Source: Eledone cirrhosa
Lineage: Eukaryota
DNA: 64,000 nt
NCBI GenBank assembly: GCA_964016885.1
Contig: OZ024747.1
Coordinates: 91,946,001 to 92,010,000 of the forward strand
Reading direction: 5' to 3'
Shown: positions 19,501 through 33,509 of the stretch, piece after piece
Layout: every line of letters starts with the position of its first letter
Position numbering within the stretch: position 1 is the stretch's first letter
Position numbers and translations under genes: made by a program
The notes under the pieces: generated by a model
The model's database searches: none
What the model was told of the DNA's origin: nothing
The model's input: only the letters and a program-made list of their open reading frames with translations

Positions 19501-19886
19501 TAATTGTTTCTACTATTGGCACAAGGCCATAAATTATCCAGTACATTACTGGTACTTTATTTTATCGACCCCGTAAGGATAAAAGGCAAAGTTAACCTCG
19601 GCAGGATTTGAACTCAGAATGGCAAGGACCGTAACTCTATGCGTCAAAGCATGGAGTCCGACCCTCTACTGATACTGCCAATTCACCAATTTGTATAATA
19701 ATTGTTTCTACTTTGGCACAAGGCCAGCAATTATCTAGTGCATTACTGGTACTTTATTTTATCGATCCCGTAAGGATGAAAGGCAAAGTCAACCTCGGCG
19801 GGATTTGAACTCAGATCGTAAAGGGACGTAACTATGCTGGAAAGCATGGCGTTCGACCCTCTACCGATACTGCCAATCCACCGCCC
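19501..19886 (-). mobile_element. Tandem pair of full-length main-family SINEs (19501-19687, 19700-19886)
   Basis: The first copy is flanked by atttatataataat / atttgtataataat, i.e. inserted at the tail of the second. Confidence 0.92.
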
Positions 19887-21235
19887 TGATAATAATGTAA
19901 TACTGAAGCAGTTAGATTATTCATGACTAATATTTATGTTTTCATTTAGTTCTGTTTTAAATATAAAACTAATGTTATCGGTAACATCCTGTCTAACACT
20001 TTCTATCATCTGTGTGTACTGTACTATGTGTGGATCAATGATTTCTAAATATGTGTAAGGTGTTGGTCTAATTCTATTAGCTCGGTTTATTTATCTAACA
20101 CGAATTTAGCGTTCTGAATTTTACTCTCAAATTTGCCATAATGCATGTTTATAATTCGGATATCATGTCAACATTTATAACAAATTAGTTTACTGTGTAT
20201 AGCAGTGTTTATAGTATACAAAACATGGTTATTTGACTCCCATACCATTTCAATTAAATACTGTTTGGTAAAACACGCTGTGTAAAGTATAACCACCAGG
20301 CGGAAGGTCTTCTTACTGATCCAATTACAGAAAATATAATGTAGGTGCAGATAGTTTAAAAGATCATGATTTTGCATCGAAACCTTTTATAATTTGTAAT
20401 AATTCTAACAGAGATATAAAGCAGTTGTTAGTACCGTATAGAGACCACAGATGTAAATGTAAAGTATTTTACTGGCTGCTAACAAATAAATCAATTATAT
20501 TATTTTGTGACTCATAACCCCCAAAATAGCCTTCTAATATTTAACTTTCTGAGTGTTGAGCAAATTGAGTAAAGGACACAGCATGCATTTTGGCTACTAT
20601 GGTGCTGTACAGCGTGTGTTATTTAATCTATTTATTATTCATTCTTTGATACAGCTAGTAGCATCAACATTTTGAGCTGTCATCACTGCGAATATATTTC
20701 TCCAACCGATGCAATCTGTTTCCTTCTTTCTCAAGAAGATAATGATCTATTCGTTAATTTATTGCAGTAAATGCCATGCATTTTAAATGTTGTTTTGCCA
20801 CCTATATAAAACATTACACTTTCCAGTATTTTATGTTTCCTAAGAGTACATCTAGCCTCATTATATCCACACGCAACCCATAGAAGACGCTGTTGCTTTT
20901 ACTTCTTTTCATACATTTTGATCGATTTTAATTTATCTTTTTTCGATTTTCACATAATATTGGCCACGGTGCTAAATGCAATTTGCATTTAACGACATTG
21001 TCTATAATATCGTGAAAAAGGAAGCACTACGCTATAGTTGACGTCTAGAAAAATATCCAACAATATTCTCTGTAATATGAGGAAATATTCGGTAAATGTA
21101 AAAAAGAAAGTAAGGTAGAATGACGACTGAATATAAAACATTTGCAGAAAATGTAGGAGAGACATAAAAAAATAATGGCGAATGGCGAATGATAGAGGGC
21201 AAATATTTCAATATATCAAAAGTGAATAACTACAT

Positions 21236-21314
21236 GTGTGTGTATATATATATATATATGTGTGTGTGTATATATATATATATATATGTGTGTGTATATA
21301 TATGTGTATGTGTG

Positions 21315-21347
<33 letters not shown>

Positions 21348-21386
21348 AGATATATATATGTGTGTCTGTGTGTATATATATATATA

Positions 21387-21453
<67 letters not shown>
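21236..21453. repeat. Compound (TA)n/(TG)n microsatellite
   Basis: Direct reading. Confidence 0.95.
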
Positions 21454-21454
<1 letters not shown>

Positions 21455-21992
21455 CTTACGAATAGAGAAATAGAAAAAGACAGCGAGTTAGACAGGTAAA
21501 AGGTGACCAAAATAAATATATCACCTGGTACTCACATGTTTTGTTCATCGTTTGTGAATATATTTTTATTTTCCAAACACACACACACTCTTTCGTTCTC
21601 TCTCAGATATACATCGTTTCTTTCTTTCCCTTTCTCTCTCTATCATTCTCACACAGATACATACATCACTGATTGTCCATCATAATCCATGAGAATCTCC
21701 ATTCCGTTAACCATATGATCTTTCATGGATGATCATATCTTTTTTTTAGTCAGAATATTTATTGCATTTGGATTATTTGTGTGATGGCTGTTGAAGTTGT
21801 GAATGTCACAAGTATGTTTACACCACTTCTGACCTTCCTTTGTTATCTTCAGGTGGTTATCTTTATTTTCGGTATTGAAATCTTATTCCTACACAACTGC
21901 CACTATGGGGCGCGGACAGTATCAACATTGTACATGTCCTCGGCTGTGTTAGCATATTTCCCTTTTCATTAAAGTGCTCCTCATCTCATCCT

Positions 21993-22176
21993 AATAATTG
22001 TTTCTAATGTTTGGCTCAAGGCCAGCAATTACCCCAGTGCATTACTGGTATTTTATTTTATCGACCCTGTAAGAATGAAAGGCAAATTTAACCTCGGTGG
22101 GATTTGAACTCAGACCGTAAAGGGTGGTAACTTTATGCTGCAAATCATGGTGACCGACCCTCTACCGATACTGCCA
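21993..22176 (-). mobile_element. Main-family SINE
   Basis: Runs from aattgtttcta to ccgatactgcca; core and B-box present. Confidence 0.9.
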
Positions 22177-23445
22177 TAACAATGCTTAGTCGACCCTACA
22201 ACTGAACGTCGATCGTGATGTTGCTGAGAGGACACTTGGCTGTGCACCAACATTGGAGACCCTTTACCTGATCCCCATTCATAACAGCTGTCACTGCACG
22301 GTAATTTTGTTATTGGTCTTTGGGAGATATTTTGTTATTGTTCAGACACACACACGTGGGCGTGGATACACACATATACGCAACAATAACATAGTATAGT
22401 GAGTCTTGTAAAAAGAGCAATATCAGTGATAAGACTGATAAAATACATATATATAACTATATATATAAAGGTACATTTCGTTAAATAAACTCTTCATTAT
22501 TGACTAGACGAAATTATTTGCAAATATTATAGAAGAGAATTAGTTACTGGAAAATATTTTAGAGTGAAAGTAAACATTATTGCAGAGAAAATAATAACGA
22601 TATATCATAGAACGGTATTCTTTTGGAAAGAGACTTATTTAATGAAAAATGCTATAGTATAGGCAATGCATTCAAAACTGAATTACTACCAGTGAAAGGT
22701 TTCTATATTTTATGGTATATCAGAATAGATCATAAAGCTATATATCATAGAAAAGAAGCATCATAAAACACAGTATCAACACGGTTTCGTTTTTGCTTCT
22801 CTTATTACAAAAAGAAACAAAAATAGAAATAACAAAGATGTGGATTCATTTTTCATTTTTACATTTAATCAATACTCATTGAATCACGAATTTTATAATC
22901 CTATTTTTGTTTCCACAAAATTAGCATCTTTCCGAAAAGAATACTCAGACTGTCTTTTTATTCCCAATTTTATCAATTTATATTATAATATTTATAAGGC
23001 AAAAATAAAAAGCTATTTTCTTTTACTCAATGTTAAATTTTGAATATTTTACATCTTAAAATGTCCTTTATAGTTCAAATATTGCTTAAAAGTATAATGA
23101 GTTATTTCGGGGGTTTATATGTAGGTTCTTTCATTTCACTCTTATTATAACCTCTATTGCATTGTGTAATTATCATTGACAGTAGTATGCGTTGATTCTT
23201 CCTTTGATTGACATTAAAACTTGAAGAGAATATCGACTAGCTGCAATCTATAAAAGAGTGAGCGTTTGGTCACAGAAGTTTAATAAATTAACTTTCCATT
23301 GATTTGTTTTTGTTTGGTTTCTTTTTCGTTCTCATTTATTCCATCAACATTGTGTAAAGCTGAAATTTCTTCTTTGGCAATCGTAAAAACCAGCCTGATA
23401 ATTTCTCAAAGATTATTTGCATTTAAAGCCGCAATAATGTTTTGT

Positions 23446-23567
23446 TTTATTTTATTTTATTTTATTTTATTTTATTTTATTTTATTTTATTTTATTTTAT
23501 TTTATTTTATTTTATTTTATTTTATTTTATTTTATTTTATTTTATTTTATTTTATTATTTTATTTTA
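23446..23567. repeat. (TTTTA)n pentanucleotide microsatellite
   Basis: More than 20 units, read directly. Confidence 0.97.
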
Positions 23568-23968
23568 CATATCATTCATTTATTTTATTTTATTATTTTA
23601 CACAGTATTTATTTATTTTATTTGTGTATTTTTCTCAGTGTTTTAGAATTCCTAAGATTTGCACGAACTATAATTCTATGCATTCATTTATGTTATGCTT
23701 CCTATTCAGTTACCGATTCTGTAAAGTTGGTGTTAATTAGTCCGGGGAATTCTGATTTAAATGTTCCATATTATTTTTTTAGTTTATGTTATATTTTAGA
23801 CGAAAACTTTCATTCTTTTTTCTATATTATTTTAATTCTTTCTCCCTACCTATCTATCTATCTATATATCTGTTTACGTATAAGTATCTAGCATACATAC
23901 TCCCAGCGATACACTCACATAGATTATACATACACTCTAGTGAACATATGCACGCAAGTATCGCCACA

Positions 23969-24020
<52 letters not shown>

Positions 24021-24024
<4 letters not shown>

Positions 24025-24231
24025 TAGCTTTCCTCTGTGTTGTTTACTTGTCTCACTCGCTTTACGCGTTTTAATTGTCCTAATAACTTATTTTAGTTAT
24101 TATTGCGCCAACGTGAAGTATATGATTTTTAATGCAATGAAATACCTATGACCGTTGGTAAATCACTGATGAGGGACTCATTTTATAACATGTTATCCAT
24201 GTGCAACCATGCAGTATTCTTCTCCCCATTT

Positions 24232-24236
<5 letters not shown>
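24021..24236. mobile_element. ~215-bp dispersed repeat between (TA)n arrays; inverted copy at ~30379-30594
   Basis: ttgtttacttgtctcactcgctttacgcg..ttattttagttatt..gatgagggact..ccatgtgcaacca is shared in reverse complement. Confidence 0.8.
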
Positions 24237-24283
<47 letters not shown>

Positions 24284-25480
24284 GATCACACACACACACA
24301 CACACATATATGCAGTAAAAGTTTGGTAGAAATATCTAAGGGTAGGGACACTCAGTCCATAGGACGAGTTAAGCATAATTAGTTATATATACCGAGATTT
24401 TTTCATATAGTGTTGTGAGAGATTATGCAAATGAATACATGAATCTAGTAGAAAAAAGCTTGACCTCATATATCTTTTTTTTTCCTACTTTTATTTATCG
24501 AGTTCTTTACATTTCCTGTGGATATATTTTAAGCAATCTATTATTGCAAATATGAACAGCTTAATTCTTTCTCAGCAATATATTAGAGATGTCTCTATTT
24601 ATTTTATATATTAAATCGACCCAAAAGTATATTGGAAATTAAACATTTTGTCTCTTTCCCCATTATCCGACAATCTTCATTAAGTTTGACATAGCCTTTT
24701 ATAAATTATCCCCTATTTTTCGACAAATAGATTTGCTTTAGATTTGTTTAGTCAGTGATCGTTTACTGGTCCCAGAGTTCTTTGTTATACAATTTTGGTC
24801 CCCCTTCTAACATGGTATGTTTTTTCTTACTGCTATATCGAGAGATACAATAGATGTGTGTTATATACATGAGTGCACGTGTTCTGTTGGATATATGCAT
24901 TTACTATATGTGATATATCTGTGACTATATCTCTGTGTGTATGTTAGATACTTATACATATATAAACGAGCAGACATATGATAAGGATTTGACGCAATCT
25001 CGCTATTACCATTCCGTCTTTGTCAAGTAACACTGGCCCATATTATCCATCATGCCTTGTAAAGGTATTATTTTGGGGAGGTTTAGAGACTACCATTAGC
25101 AGATCAAACAGCATAGAATAGGAATCCTCTGGTTCTGGGTTCGAGTTCATCTGCGAGACATTGGACACGTGTTTTCTACCATCGCCTTGGTCCCAATTAA
25201 TCCTTTTAGCTAAAACTAAGTAGACGGAATCAGATTAGACTGATGAAATCTAACTATTCCTGCTTGGTAAATCTAATACACTTCACAGTTTAACACTACT
25301 ATTTCGCAAGCCTCTGCATCAGATCTTCTGTTTGATATCAACTATTTTGTTTTGTTGGTTTTTGCCCTTCTTGTATCATGGTCCATGCAAAAGGACATAC
25401 AGGTTTTCCTTCCTCCTATTACTAATTTAATATAAATCGTTATAATTAAAATCCCATTCCTATTATTACTTCGATTGTTA

Positions 25481-25843
25481 GGGCAGTGGATTGGCAGTAT
25501 CGGTAGAGTGTCGGGCAACTTGCTTTGCGACATATAGTTACAGCACTTTACGTTTTGAGCTAAAATCTAGATGAGGTTAACTTTACCTTTCATCATTTTG
25601 GGGTCGATGAATTAAAGTATCAATAACGTACTGGAGCTTGTTCCCAAATCAGATCCATTATTACTTGGCAGTATCAGTAGAGTGTCGGACACCATGCTTT
25701 GCAGTATTGAGTTACGGCTCATTACAGTTTGAGTTCAAATCCCGCCGAGGTTAACTTTGCCTTTCATCTTACGGGGTCGATAAAATAAAGTACCAATAAT
25801 ACAATGAGATAATTGCTGGCCTTGTGCTATAGTAGAAACAATT
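25481..25843 (+). mobile_element. Older SINE (25481-~25640) followed by a younger main-family SINE (25666-25843)
   Basis: Outer TSD attattact(t/a)cgattgtt at ~25462-25479 and ~25841-25858. Inner attattact at 25657-25665. Confidence 0.85.
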
Positions 25844-26584
25844 ATTACTACGATTGTTGTTCTGAAATTGCTGCCTCTAGGTATATCTTCACCCAGTATC
25901 TCTAACATCGTATTATCGTACTTGAAACCTGATATTTAGGTACAGAATCTATTCTCAAAAGATTATCTCTAAACGAACATAATACCTAAATTACATCCCC
26001 GTTGAAACTTCATCCATAAACAAAACCTTTTCACCTTAATTGAACCCATTGTAAAATGAATACACTTAAAAGAGAAGTTGATAGCACATTCTTCAACTTG
26101 TTAAAGGCAGAGCATCATTATAAACAATAAAAACAAAGTTACAAGTTGCAAAGATTATTTCGTTGATGTAGATAGGGGCGCTAACATTAGTTCTGTGAAT
26201 ATCGAATTAAAAGAATACTATGACATTTCTATCAATTCCAGTTAGTTTCAATTGTCTACAGTCACAAGAATGCTGAACATTTTATTTCGGAATCTCCAAA
26301 GACAGTTTGTCTAACATTTATTGATCATATAAAGTATGAAGACGAACTTTCACCAATGTAGTTATCCTGTGTGAAATCACATCACCATTGATGAGTCGTA
26401 CACATTTAATCTTTATTTTCATTAAATTATCGCTAGGCCTTTTTTTTTTTTAGTTTTTGTTTTATTCGCTTTTTTCCATCTTAGGCAAATGACTGACTAT
26501 TCAGTACATTGCATAATAAGGATGACATCACTATCCTTATTGACTTTACTCATCAGGTTTATCTACTTTCTCAGAATCACCCCG

Positions 26585-26650
26585 TTATCATCATCATCAT
26601 CTTCCCCCTCATCATCATCATCATCAACATCTTCATTATAATTTTTATCG

Positions 26651-26701
<51 letters not shown>

Positions 26702-26990
26702 CCATCGTCGTCATCGTCATCATCAACATCATCATCACCATCGTCGTCATCATCATCATCATTATCATCATCCGTACCGTCACCATAATCCTCATCATCA
26801 TCATCATCGTCATCATCATCATCTTCATCCTCTTCATCGTCATCATCGTCATCATAATCTTCATCATCATCATCGTTGTCATCATCAACATCCTTACCGC
26901 CACCTTAATCATCATCATCATCATCATCATTATCAACATAACCATATTTGTTGTCGATTTCGTCGTCTCTGGTATTGTCAGTTATCTCGG

Positions 26991-27042
<52 letters not shown>

Positions 27043-27057
27043 ATTCTTCCTCACCAC

Positions 27058-27096
<39 letters not shown>

Positions 27097-27110
27097 TATC
27101 AGCAACATGA
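26585..27110. repeat. Degenerate (CAT)n trinucleotide array
   Basis: Direct reading; explains the poly-I/H/M pseudo-ORFs. Confidence 0.95.
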
Positions 27111-27165
27111 TCACGAGGCTTTATCCTCCTTATGAGAATTAGTATCGGCTACGGTAGTATGTCTG

Positions 27166-27745
27166 TGGCGGGGTGGCGATGGTGGTGGCGGCGATTAAGG
27201 TGATGGCGGGGTGGCGATGGTGGTGGCGGCGATTAAGGTGATGGCGGGGTGGCGATGGTGGTGGCGGCGATTAAGGTGATGGCGGGGTGGCGATGGTGGT
27301 GGTGGCGATTAAGGTGATGGCGGGGTGGCGATGGTGGTGGCGGCGATTAAGGTGATGGCGGGGTGGCGATGGCGGGGTGGCGATTAAGGTGATGGCGGGG
27401 TGGCGATGGTGGTGGCGGCCGGGGAAGGAGGAGACAGTGGCGATTGTGGTTGCAGTGGTGGTGGTGGTGGTGGTGGTGGTGGTGGTGGCGATGACGGTGG
27501 TGGCCGGGGAAGGAGGAGAGAGTGGCGATTGTGGTTGCAGTGGTGGTGGTGGTGGTTGCAGTGGTGGTGGTGGCGGTGGTGGTGGCGATGGCGGTGCTGG
27601 CTGGGGAAGGAGGAGACAGTGGCGATTGTGGTGGTGGTGGTGGTGGTGGTGGTGGCGATGGCGGTGGTGGCTGGAGAAGGAGGAGACAGTGGCGATTGTG
27701 GTTGCAGTGGTGGTGGTGGTGGTTGCAGTGGTGGTGGTGGCGGTG
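27166..27745. repeat. G-rich minisatellite: ~6 x 38-bp unit, then ~4 units of GG(G/A)GAAGGAGGAGA(C/G)AGTGGCGATTGTGG-(GGT)n
   Basis: gattaagg recurs at 27193, 27231, 27269, 27307, 27345 and 27382. Confidence 0.92.
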
Positions 27746-27882
27746 ACATCTCCCGAGGTATTAGCAATAGAAACAGCGACTCTATCGTCTCTATTATCAT
27801 TATCAACATCCTCCTTGCCATTGTCATAACAGTCTTTATTATCAACAACGTTATGAGATGTCATTACTTTCATCCTCATTAC

Positions 27883-28010
27883 GTCCCTTTACAGTCTGAG
27901 TTCAAATCCCGCCGAGGTTAACTTTGCCTTTCATCCTTACGGGGTCGATAAAATAAAGTACCAGTAATGTATGGGTTATTGCTGGCCTTGTGCCTAAAGT
28001 GGAAACAATT
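27883..28010 (+). mobile_element. 5'-truncated main-family SINE with ~20-bp TSD
   Basis: attactttcatcctcattac (27863-27882) / attacttttatcctcattac (28008-28027). Confidence 0.9.
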
Positions 28011-28376
28011 ACTTTTATCCTCATTACTGTTGCAAAACAATAACTGCAAGACAAGATACAACACTTTTAAAATTTACAAGTTGAAACAACGATATCAGGG
28101 TTCATATTTTCATCAAGAATCACTGTAGTCACTACTACAACTGTTTCTTTCTCATTAATAACTAATTTTCTTAATTAAAGGCAGCCAAGTAACAAATTTA
28201 TTACTGAGGTGGTTAGAATGGCTTGTCTTGTGGTATTTTCTTTCCACATCCCTGACACCTAAGTTCAAATCCCACCCAGATCAACGTTTCCTTTCCATTT
28301 CCGAGTCTATAAATAATTGATTCCTCTCTCTCTCTCTCCCTCTCTATCCTTCTCTCTCTCTGTCACTCATTCTCTC

Positions 28377-28421
<45 letters not shown>

Positions 28422-30004
28422 ACTTATATTCCTCCCTCCCTCTCATTTTGTGTGTATTTATATGGGAAATGGAAATCCACAATTTATTAAGAAAATTAAA
28501 TATGAAGTTTATTTTTATTATTTCACTGAAGTGACATTAAAGGAGGGATTTCTAGTATTAAAAACATAGTCCTATATTAATTTCTTCTTATTATTATTAC
28601 TTTTTTTTTTTTTCTTTACAGTGATGATAATACACAATTCTAGAAAGCTGTAATCATATAAATCTATGCTGGAAACTAACAATGCAGCTAATTTAGCATG
28701 GAACTTTTACATTTCTATTACCCTACCATTATACAACTATAGCATTTTCGCTAAATTCTCAGATTAATACCATAATGGAGATTAGTAATCAAAAACATAC
28801 TTTTAAGACCATATATTTTCAAACCATAATCTGTGCCTTAAGTATTATATATAATTATGTTTAGAACTCAAAGCCCTTTCCTCCATAAATTCTTACATTC
28901 TGTGACAATTTGTCATCTTAGCCTTAAGAGTAGTGGAATGGCAGAATCCGTACAGCTCCAGACAAAATACTTTGCAGCATTTGTTCCGACTCTCTATGTT
29001 CTGAGTTCAAATCTTGTTGAGGTCAATGTTTCCCTTCATCCTTTTGTGAGTGTTTTAAATCTTTGGTATGTGTTATAACACCTACAAAGATAACTAACAG
29101 ATAATTGTTTTGAAATCTATTACTTGTAAGTAGGAGAGAAACAAAATTGATAGAAATTCAATAATAATTTCAAATGTAATATATAACAGAAACAAACAAT
29201 CAAAATTTCATACATAATTTGCCTGAAAGTTAAGCGGGAATAAACCAATTACATTCGTTAAAGAGCTGTTGTTTTCACTTGGCAGAATAGCTGAACAAAA
29301 CCATAATCCGGAGTAAAATCATTGCTGACTTTTTTTTTACAGAAATGAGCATTTATATCATATACACATACAACACGACATATTCTTTATCTAATTTATT
29401 ATATATACGACTGAATCTACGTGGTACACATCCGACTCACCATTTCAGTAAAATCTTGTTCGATGTTTGGCTTACATTGGTTTGCAAAAATTCTGTTCAA
29501 GTTGAAAGGATGAGGATATTTGGCTTCTAATGACCAATTAACGAATTGTGAAACGAGTAAAGGCAATAATTGATGTTTTTCTTTCAAGAAGAGAATAACA
29601 AAATGTGTTAACATCTTTCCCGTCGTTTTATTTAATGTTTTGGCATGATACTTGATATAAAATGATATGTTAAACTAGATATTGTTATAATCGGGAGAGT
29701 CAAGCTAAGTATAAAAACACCCACGCTATGTGAGATTCATATTAGTTTAATATTACATGAGTAATTAATTCATTCATCGGTTAGTTTAGTAACAGGCTGG
29801 TTGCTTAATTGTTGATTGTCAAAACTCTTTCCTCACAGGTAATCTCAATGATTATTATTGGTCCCTTGTGTTTTCTCTTTGTTCTGATATTGTTGTATTA
29901 GAAGGGTGTACGTGGTTTACCATATACACCCCTGGAAAAGTTAAGATGGAACTTTGACAAAGTATAAATATTTGTATATATATATATATATACAAATATT
30001 TATA

Positions 30005-30038
<34 letters not shown>

Positions 30039-30105
30039 AAAAAGTAAGACCCTGACTGCAGGGCTCAAGCCGTTTCGACGGCTATTTTTTTACCACAACT
30101 CCTTC

Positions 30106-30147
<42 letters not shown>

Positions 30148-30589
30148 AGACAATTATTAAATATATAAATAAATAAATAAATAAATAAATGCCATTGTTA
30201 ATTAATTAATAAATTAACTAATACTATAACACTTCACACAAAGTAAAATATTTTGTTTTAAACATTTTCTAACCCAGAAAAAAGAGAAAAAATTAAAAGG
30301 GAAAAAATATATTTTTCTTCCTAATAATCGTCTTTTTCTCCCTATTTTCATATATATATATACATATATATATATATATGAAAAACAAAGGGAGAGGAAT
30401 ACTGCGTGGTTGCACATGGGTTACATATTATAAAATTAGTCCCTCATCATGATTTGCCAACCATCATTGGTATTTCATCGTATTAAAAATCAGATACCTC
30501 AGGTTGGTGCGAGCAATAACTAAAATAAGCCATTGGGACAAGTGAATCGCGTAAAGCGAGTGAGACAAGTAAACAACAAGAAGGAAAAG

Positions 30590-30663
<74 letters not shown>

Positions 30664-31605
30664 CTTACACATACATACATACACATGTATATATATGTAT
30701 ATATATATATATATATACATTCAGACATACAGGTTGGTTGCTTATATTTTCATATATATATATATATATAAATTAATAAAAATAATAAATAAAAACAAAG
30801 AAACAGTTCCTTATATTAAAAAATTCATCATTTTACGATAGTTTCTATATCATATAGATCTATGTAAAAGTTTTACAAACTATCAGAGGGATTATACTTA
30901 CCTACACATATATATGCTGTCTTCAGAAATAATGATATTTGTTTATTGAACAAAACCAACAAAAATTTAATATAATAGGTCTGTTTCAGAACCGGTTTTG
31001 AATTGACCAATAGAAAAGTAGTAAGTGGTCAAGTTGATAGAATAATAGTAGTAGAAATTTAATTTAGGGGTAGAGGAATGCAGACTTCAGTTTTGAATGG
31101 AAAGAGTATTTTGAATGAAAAGATTACTTTGGCGATGAAAATAGGTCAAGTCTGTGAAAGCTACACGAAAATTTGATGTTATAAAAGAATAATGCTAATG
31201 TTAAAATCTAAGGAGAATAAAATTTTACTATAAATGTGTTAGTGAAAAATATCAATCTTATTTAAAACATAAGGAATATAGATCTATAAAAAGAAATTAA
31301 ATTAATTTTATTGATAGGTATATTTATAGGGATAAATTTATATTAATTCATATAGATATGATAAATAAGAGTTAGATGTTATTAAAGAATGTTGTTAAAA
31401 ACGAAGGAAAAAAATGTATACATATATATATATATATATATATACATATGTTGTTAAAAGCGAAGGAAAAAAAAAATATATATATATATATATATACATA
31501 TATATACACATACATACATACATACACATGTATACATATATATATATATATATATAGTATTAAGGATACCATTTATGGTTATGCAAATAGAAAAACCTTT
31601 TGTAG

Positions 31606-31643
<38 letters not shown>

Positions 31644-31651
<8 letters not shown>

Positions 31652-32372
31652 GAGACGTATAGAGATTGTTTTAGCAAGAAGCTAACGGCATTCTATAACA
31701 TATATGCGACTATAACGTCAAGATGGGAAAAGTAGTTAACGAAAGATTTAGGAAAAATAACTCAAACTCATCTCAAAAGAGAATCAGGATACAAATTCAT
31801 CCACAGAATTTAGTAAAATCCATGGAAAAATCTATAGACCTTTAACTCATGATAAAACAAAGTTTGAAACACTTATCCTTCAATTTGGAATAACATCAAA
31901 TGCTCTGTATAGTCTTAAAAGACTATTTCATGAAAACTTTCAGTGGAGATGGTCACGGTTGGAATATCATTCATCAGCAGAGCTCAACAGAAAACCAGGG
32001 CTCTCACAGTAATATAGTCCGAAAAAGGGAATTCTAAAACTGGCTAGTTCGCCTTCATGTGTATTTATGAAAAAGCACATGAGGAAAAAACGGGGCTAGT
32101 GACGTCAGGATGGAAGTGAATGTTTATTTACAAGAAATAGCAGTCAAATACATTCTGAAAAAAACTCTACAAGGAGTTCAGCAAAATAGCAATAATTATC
32201 ACAGTTTTTATGAAAAAAACCGGGATTAGTCACAGATAGTTTAAGCACTCTAGGAAAAGAATCCGAGTATAAATATAAATGAGACGTATAGAGATTGTTT
32301 TAGCAAGAAGCTAACGGCATTCTATAACATATATGCGACTATAACGTCAAGATGGGAAAAGTAGTTAACGAA
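31644..32372. repeat. 100-bp perfect direct repeat enclosing ~530 bp
   Basis: 31644-31743 is identical to 32273-32372; the whole unit lies between (TA)n arrays. Confidence 0.92.
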
Positions 32373-32670
32373 TATATATATATACATATCAATACATATC
32401 AGTAATACATACATATATATATATACATATCAATACATATCAGTAACGAATATATATATATACATATCAATACATATCAGTAATACATACATATCAATAA
32501 TCGGAGGTCATATATGTGATCATCCCTTAATAAATTACTTCGAAGAATCCAAACCTCGGTTTGGAGGAAACAATTGTAAGCATATAAATGATTTGATCAG
32601 AACTTTGATTCTTATAAATTATATATATATATATACATTCATATACACACACACATGTGTGTATGTATGA

Positions 32671-32797
<127 letters not shown>

Positions 32798-33199
32798 TAT
32801 GGAAACAAATTTTTGGATTATTATCAATTGCTATATTTGTCTACACATTCCTTTCAGAACTTAGTATTATGTCGATAACTATATCATTATAAGAATGTGT
32901 GTAACGGTATGGTTGTATATTTGTAGGTTTCGCATATCTTGTTTTCAATTAAATAAACGTGTAGCCAATATCTTATGTCTATTTGAGTAAATGGCTGTTT
33001 CTTCAGCATGATTCTAATGACAATGTTTAGTACTTTCAGTTTAGAAAACATTCAATATAAAATTGGTTTTAAATATTTCTCTAAATAGATAATGCCCTCT
33101 GACTGTCTTAAATGTCTTACAAGAGTACACCTCCTTTAATTCCCAGAGTATTTGTCAATCTGGAAATGTTAATCCATTCAGTTTTCTGTTTGTCTATTT

Positions 33200-33320
<121 letters not shown>

Positions 33321-33371
33321 CTCTCTTTCTTTCTTTCTCAGTCCCACTCTCTCTCGCTCTCACTCTCTCTA

Positions 33372-33404
<33 letters not shown>

Positions 33405-33472
33405 AATACCCTCTCTCTCTGTCATACACACACTCTCACTTTCTCCCTCTATTTCTCCCCCCTCTCTTTCAC

Positions 33473-33509
<37 letters not shown>

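Noticed and set aside
27166-27420. CRISPR-like periodicity of 38 bp
   Set aside because: Units are head-to-tail with no unique spacers; eukaryotic context and no cas genes.
26509-27921. His-, Ile-, Pro- and Gly-rich ORFs
   Set aside because: Products of (CAT)n and GGT-rich tandem repeats.
30065-30108. Possible hammerhead on the minus strand (..ATGAAGGAG...GTCGAAACGGC)
   Set aside because: The CUGA box is missing (replaced by the TA array) and the stems are weak.
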